Shown: positions 38,253 to 40,749 of the stretch, one piece after another
Numbering within the stretch: position 1 is the stretch's first letter
How the letters are laid out: every line of letters begins with the position of its first letter
Program-made: the position numbers and the translations under genes
Origin: Nocardioidaceae bacterium
GTDB lineage: Bacteria > Actinomycetota > Actinomycetes > Propionibacteriales > Nocardioidaceae
DNA length: 40,749 nt
Direction: 5' to 3'
Assembly: GCA_033854925.1 (NCBI GenBank)
Contig: JAWWPK010000120.1
Location: 1 to 40,749, forward strand
The notes under the pieces: model-generated
Database searches by the model: none
Seen by the model: only the letters and a program-made list of their open reading frames with translations
Told to the model about the DNA's origin: nothing

Positions 38253-39167
38253 ATGGCACGTTCTCGGTTTGTCGGCGACGCTGGGCTCACCGTTCGGATG
38301 ACGACGGTGATGTTCCTGCTCGGAGCGCTGTTCGTGGCGCTGGTCGTCGGTCTCGCGCTCGCCGCGGGCGGTTCCATCGGGATCCTGATCGGCGTGGTCG
38401 GGATCGGCGTCGCCGTCTACCAGTGGGCCAACTCCGACAAGGTCGCGATGCGGGCCATGCGCGCCCGCGAGGTGACGCCGGAGCAGGCGCCGGAGCTGCA
38501 CGGCGTGATCGACCGGCTCTGCGCGCTGGCCGACATGCCGAAGCCGCGCGTCGGCGTCGCGGACACCCGGGTCCCCAACGCGTTCGCGACCGGTCGCTCG
38601 CCTGAGCGCTCCGTGGTCTGCGTGACCACCGGCCTCCTCGGCATGCTCACCGCCGAGGAGCTGGAGGGCGTGCTCGCCCACGAGCTCTCCCACGTGGCGC
38701 ACCGGGATGTCCTCGTCATGACGGTCGCCTCCAGCGCCGGCATCGCGGCCGGGATGCTGGGTCAAGGGGCGCGGTTCGGCGGCCTCGGGTTCTTCGGCCG
38801 CCGCGGCAACGCCGGCGGCGTGCCGGCCTGGCTGGTGGTGCTGTTGTTCAGCCTCGCTGTCTACGCCGTGAGCTTCGTGCTGCTGCGGCTGCTCTCGCGC
38901 TACCGCGAGCTCGCGGCTGACCGGGCGGGCGCCTACCTGACGATGCGGCCGGACGCGCTCGCCTCGGCCCTGCAGAAGATCACCGGCGGCATCAACCAGA
39001 TCCCGCAGCGCGACCTGCGCCAGGTCGGCGCAGCGAGCGCGCTCTGCATCGCGCCGGCCATCGGCGGGGTCTCCCTCAAGACGCTGACCGCGACGCACCC
39101 TTCGCTCGAGCAACGGCTGGAGCAGCTGGCCCGGATCCAGGCCGAGCTCAGCCGTCCGTCGGCCTGA
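38253..39167 (+). CDS. htpX: Zinc metalloprotease HtpX (M48)
   Basis: PNAFATG, AHELSH, SRYRELAAD and THP motifs. Confidence 0.93.
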   Translation: MARSRFVGDAGLTVRMTTVMFLLGALFVALVVGLALAAGGSIGILIGVVGIGVAVYQWANSDKVAMRAMRAREVTPEQAPELHGVIDRLCALADMPKPRVGVADTRVPNAFATGRSPERSVVCVTTGLLGMLTAEELEGVLAHELSHVAHRDVLVMTVASSAGIAAGMLGQGARFGGLGFFGRRGNAGGVPAWLVVLLFSLAVYAVSFVLLRLLSRYRELAADRAGAYLTMRPDALASALQKITGGINQIPQRDLRQVGAASALCIAPAIGGVSLKTLTATHPSLEQRLEQLARIQAELSRPSA

Positions 39168-39171
39168 GCGA

Positions 39172-39753
39172 GTGGGCGTCTGGGACACGATCACCGGACG
39201 GAGCCGGCCCAAGCGCGCCAACCTGGACGCGCTGTTCCTGGTGCCGAGTGCGGCGATCACGCTCCAGACCGCGGCCGGGCTGATGCCCACCGGCGACGGC
39301 TCGGTCTGCTACCGGGCGGCCATCGGAGCGGGGTTCCACGAGACCCAGGGCGACATCCTGGCGCTGCTGAAGGGAGTCGCGGACGCCCCGCAGGTGCGGA
39401 CCAGCAGCGACGAGTTCGGCTTCACGTGGCTGCAGGTGCACCGGGACCCCGAAGACCCTGAGGGCATGGCCGGGCTCTGCACGGACCTGCACGCGGTCAA
39501 CACCACGCTGGAGAGCGAGGGGTTCGGTCCCGGGCTGCTCTGCTCGCTGATCCCCTTCGTGGACCCTTCCGGGCGCCGGGTCGGCCTCGTCTACCTCTAC
39601 AAGAAGGGCACCTTCTACCCGTTCGCCCCGACCGGCCCGAAGCAGCGTGACAACCTGCTCGAGCTGCAGGTCCGCGACACGCTCCAGGCGGAGCTGCCGA
39701 TCGAGCCGGAGCTGTCCGGCTGGCTGGCGCTGTGGGGTGCACCGGGTCTCTGA
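39172..39753 (+). CDS. PspA-associated protein PspAB
   Basis: LVYLYKKGTFYPFAP...RDNLLEL and W.ALWG.P motifs; follows htpX. Confidence 0.78.
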   Translation: MGVWDTITGRSRPKRANLDALFLVPSAAITLQTAAGLMPTGDGSVCYRAAIGAGFHETQGDILALLKGVADAPQVRTSSDEFGFTWLQVHRDPEDPEGMAGLCTDLHAVNTTLESEGFGPGLLCSLIPFVDPSGRRVGLVYLYKKGTFYPFAPTGPKQRDNLLELQVRDTLQAELPIEPELSGWLALWGAPGL

Positions 39754-39832
39754 GAGTCGTGTGATTTCCGCGACCCCGGCGACCTCTCGCGTTCCGGCAT
39801 ATCCGGGCATTCCGGTCCCTATCGTTGACTCG

Positions 39833-40749
39833 GTGAGAGCCGCGGGGGTCGAAGACCAGCGGCGGATGGCTGCGGTCTGGGCGTACGACGCCGTGCGGAT
39901 GCCACCGCGCGCGGAGCTGCAGGAGGTTGTGGAGCTCGCGGCCCGGATCGCCGGCGTCCCCAAGGCGACCGTCAACATCATCACCGACACCGAGCAGTAC
40001 CAGATCGCGACGACCGGTTTCGAGGGCTCGGTGTGCCTGCGCCAGGACTCGATGTGCGCGGCCATCCTGGGTGGACGCCGACCGGTCGTGCTCGCCGATG
40101 CGTCCCAGGACTCCCGGTTCGCCGGCAACCCGTTCGTGACAGGCGAGCTCGACACGATCCGCTGCTACGTCGCTCACCCGCTGATCTCGGGCGAGGGCGT
40201 AGCGGTCGGCACCCTGTGCGTGTTCGACAGCGAGCCACGGGAGCTGGACCCCGTGCAGCTGGCGGGGCTGGCCACGCTGGCCGCGCGGACCGTCGACATC
40301 TTCGAGCTGCGGCTGCGCGGCCGCGAGCTGGCTCTGAGCATGATGGAGATCCAGGCCGTGCAGGCCGAGCTCGAGCGCTCGAACGAGCGGCTCGCGTCGT
40401 TCGCCGGACAGGTCAGCCACGACCTCAAGACGCCGCTCACGACCCTGTCACTGTCACTGTCGCTGATCCGCGAACAGCTGGTGGACGGCCAGGTCGGTGC
40501 CGACTCCGCTGCGCTGCTCGACCGCGCCATCAACGGCTCGGCCCGGATGGCGGAGCTGATCGACGACGTCCTCGACTACGCGCGCCTCGGCGGCACGCTG
40601 AAGACGACCGAGGTGGACCTCGACTTCGTGCTCGGCAAGGTGCTCGAAGACCTCGCTGCCGACTTCGCCGACGTCACGCTGCACGTCAGCGAGCTGCCCA
40701 CGGTGCTGGGCGACCGCGCCCAGCTCCAGGCCGTCCTGCAGAACCTGCT
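39833..40749 (+). CDS. GAF-domain sensor histidine kinase (partial, runs off window end)
   Basis: Not in ORF track. My translation gives a GAF domain (DASQDSRFAGNPFV, GTLCVFD), H-box VSHDLKTPL and N-box QAVLQNL. TATCGT lies 7 nt before GTG 39833. Confidence 0.9.
   Translation, partial: MRAAGVEDQRRMAAVWAYDAVRMPPRAELQEVVELAARIAGVPKATVNIITDTEQYQIATTGFEGSVCLRQDSMCAAILGGRRPVVLADASQDSRFAGNPFVTGELDTIRCYVAHPLISGEGVAVGTLCVFDSEPRELDPVQLAGLATLAARTVDIFELRLRGRELALSMMEIQAVQAELERSNERLASFAGQVSHDLKTPLTTLSLSLSLIREQLVDGQVGADSAALLDRAINGSARMAELIDDVLDYARLGGTLKTTEVDLDFVLGKVLEDLAADFADVTLHVSELPTVLGDRAQLQAVLQNL

Overview
High-GC actinobacterial chromosomal window (Nocardioides-like by inference from gene content and order). 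The core backbone is ylxR-infB-rbfA-truB-ribF ... rpsO-pnp-M16 peptidase ... dapB. Accessory genes are interleaved: a class-V aminotransferase, His-phosphatase and GH16-like gene upstream of ylxR; about 16 kb between ribF and rpsO (O-methyltransferase, a NarL-type two-component system divergent from an MMPL transporter, a complete mannitol-type PTS cluster without mtlD, and two divergent molybdoenzymes, one broken by an in-frame TAG); a SatD-like cyclase-fold/HTH plus membrane protein pair; an M4 protease, GNAT and MFS; a PspA-PspAA-HtpX-PspAB envelope-stress cluster; and a partial GAF histidine kinase. I saw no transposase, integrase, tRNA, rRNA or CRISPR array. The most striking unexplained signal is a chain of three tiny ATGA-coupled ORFs (MSTR, MSTSR, MSLHNR) plus a hairpin between ylxR and the infB ribosome-binding site, a candidate re-initiation-sensing leader for IF2. 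All family calls come from recognising motifs by eye; no database search was run.
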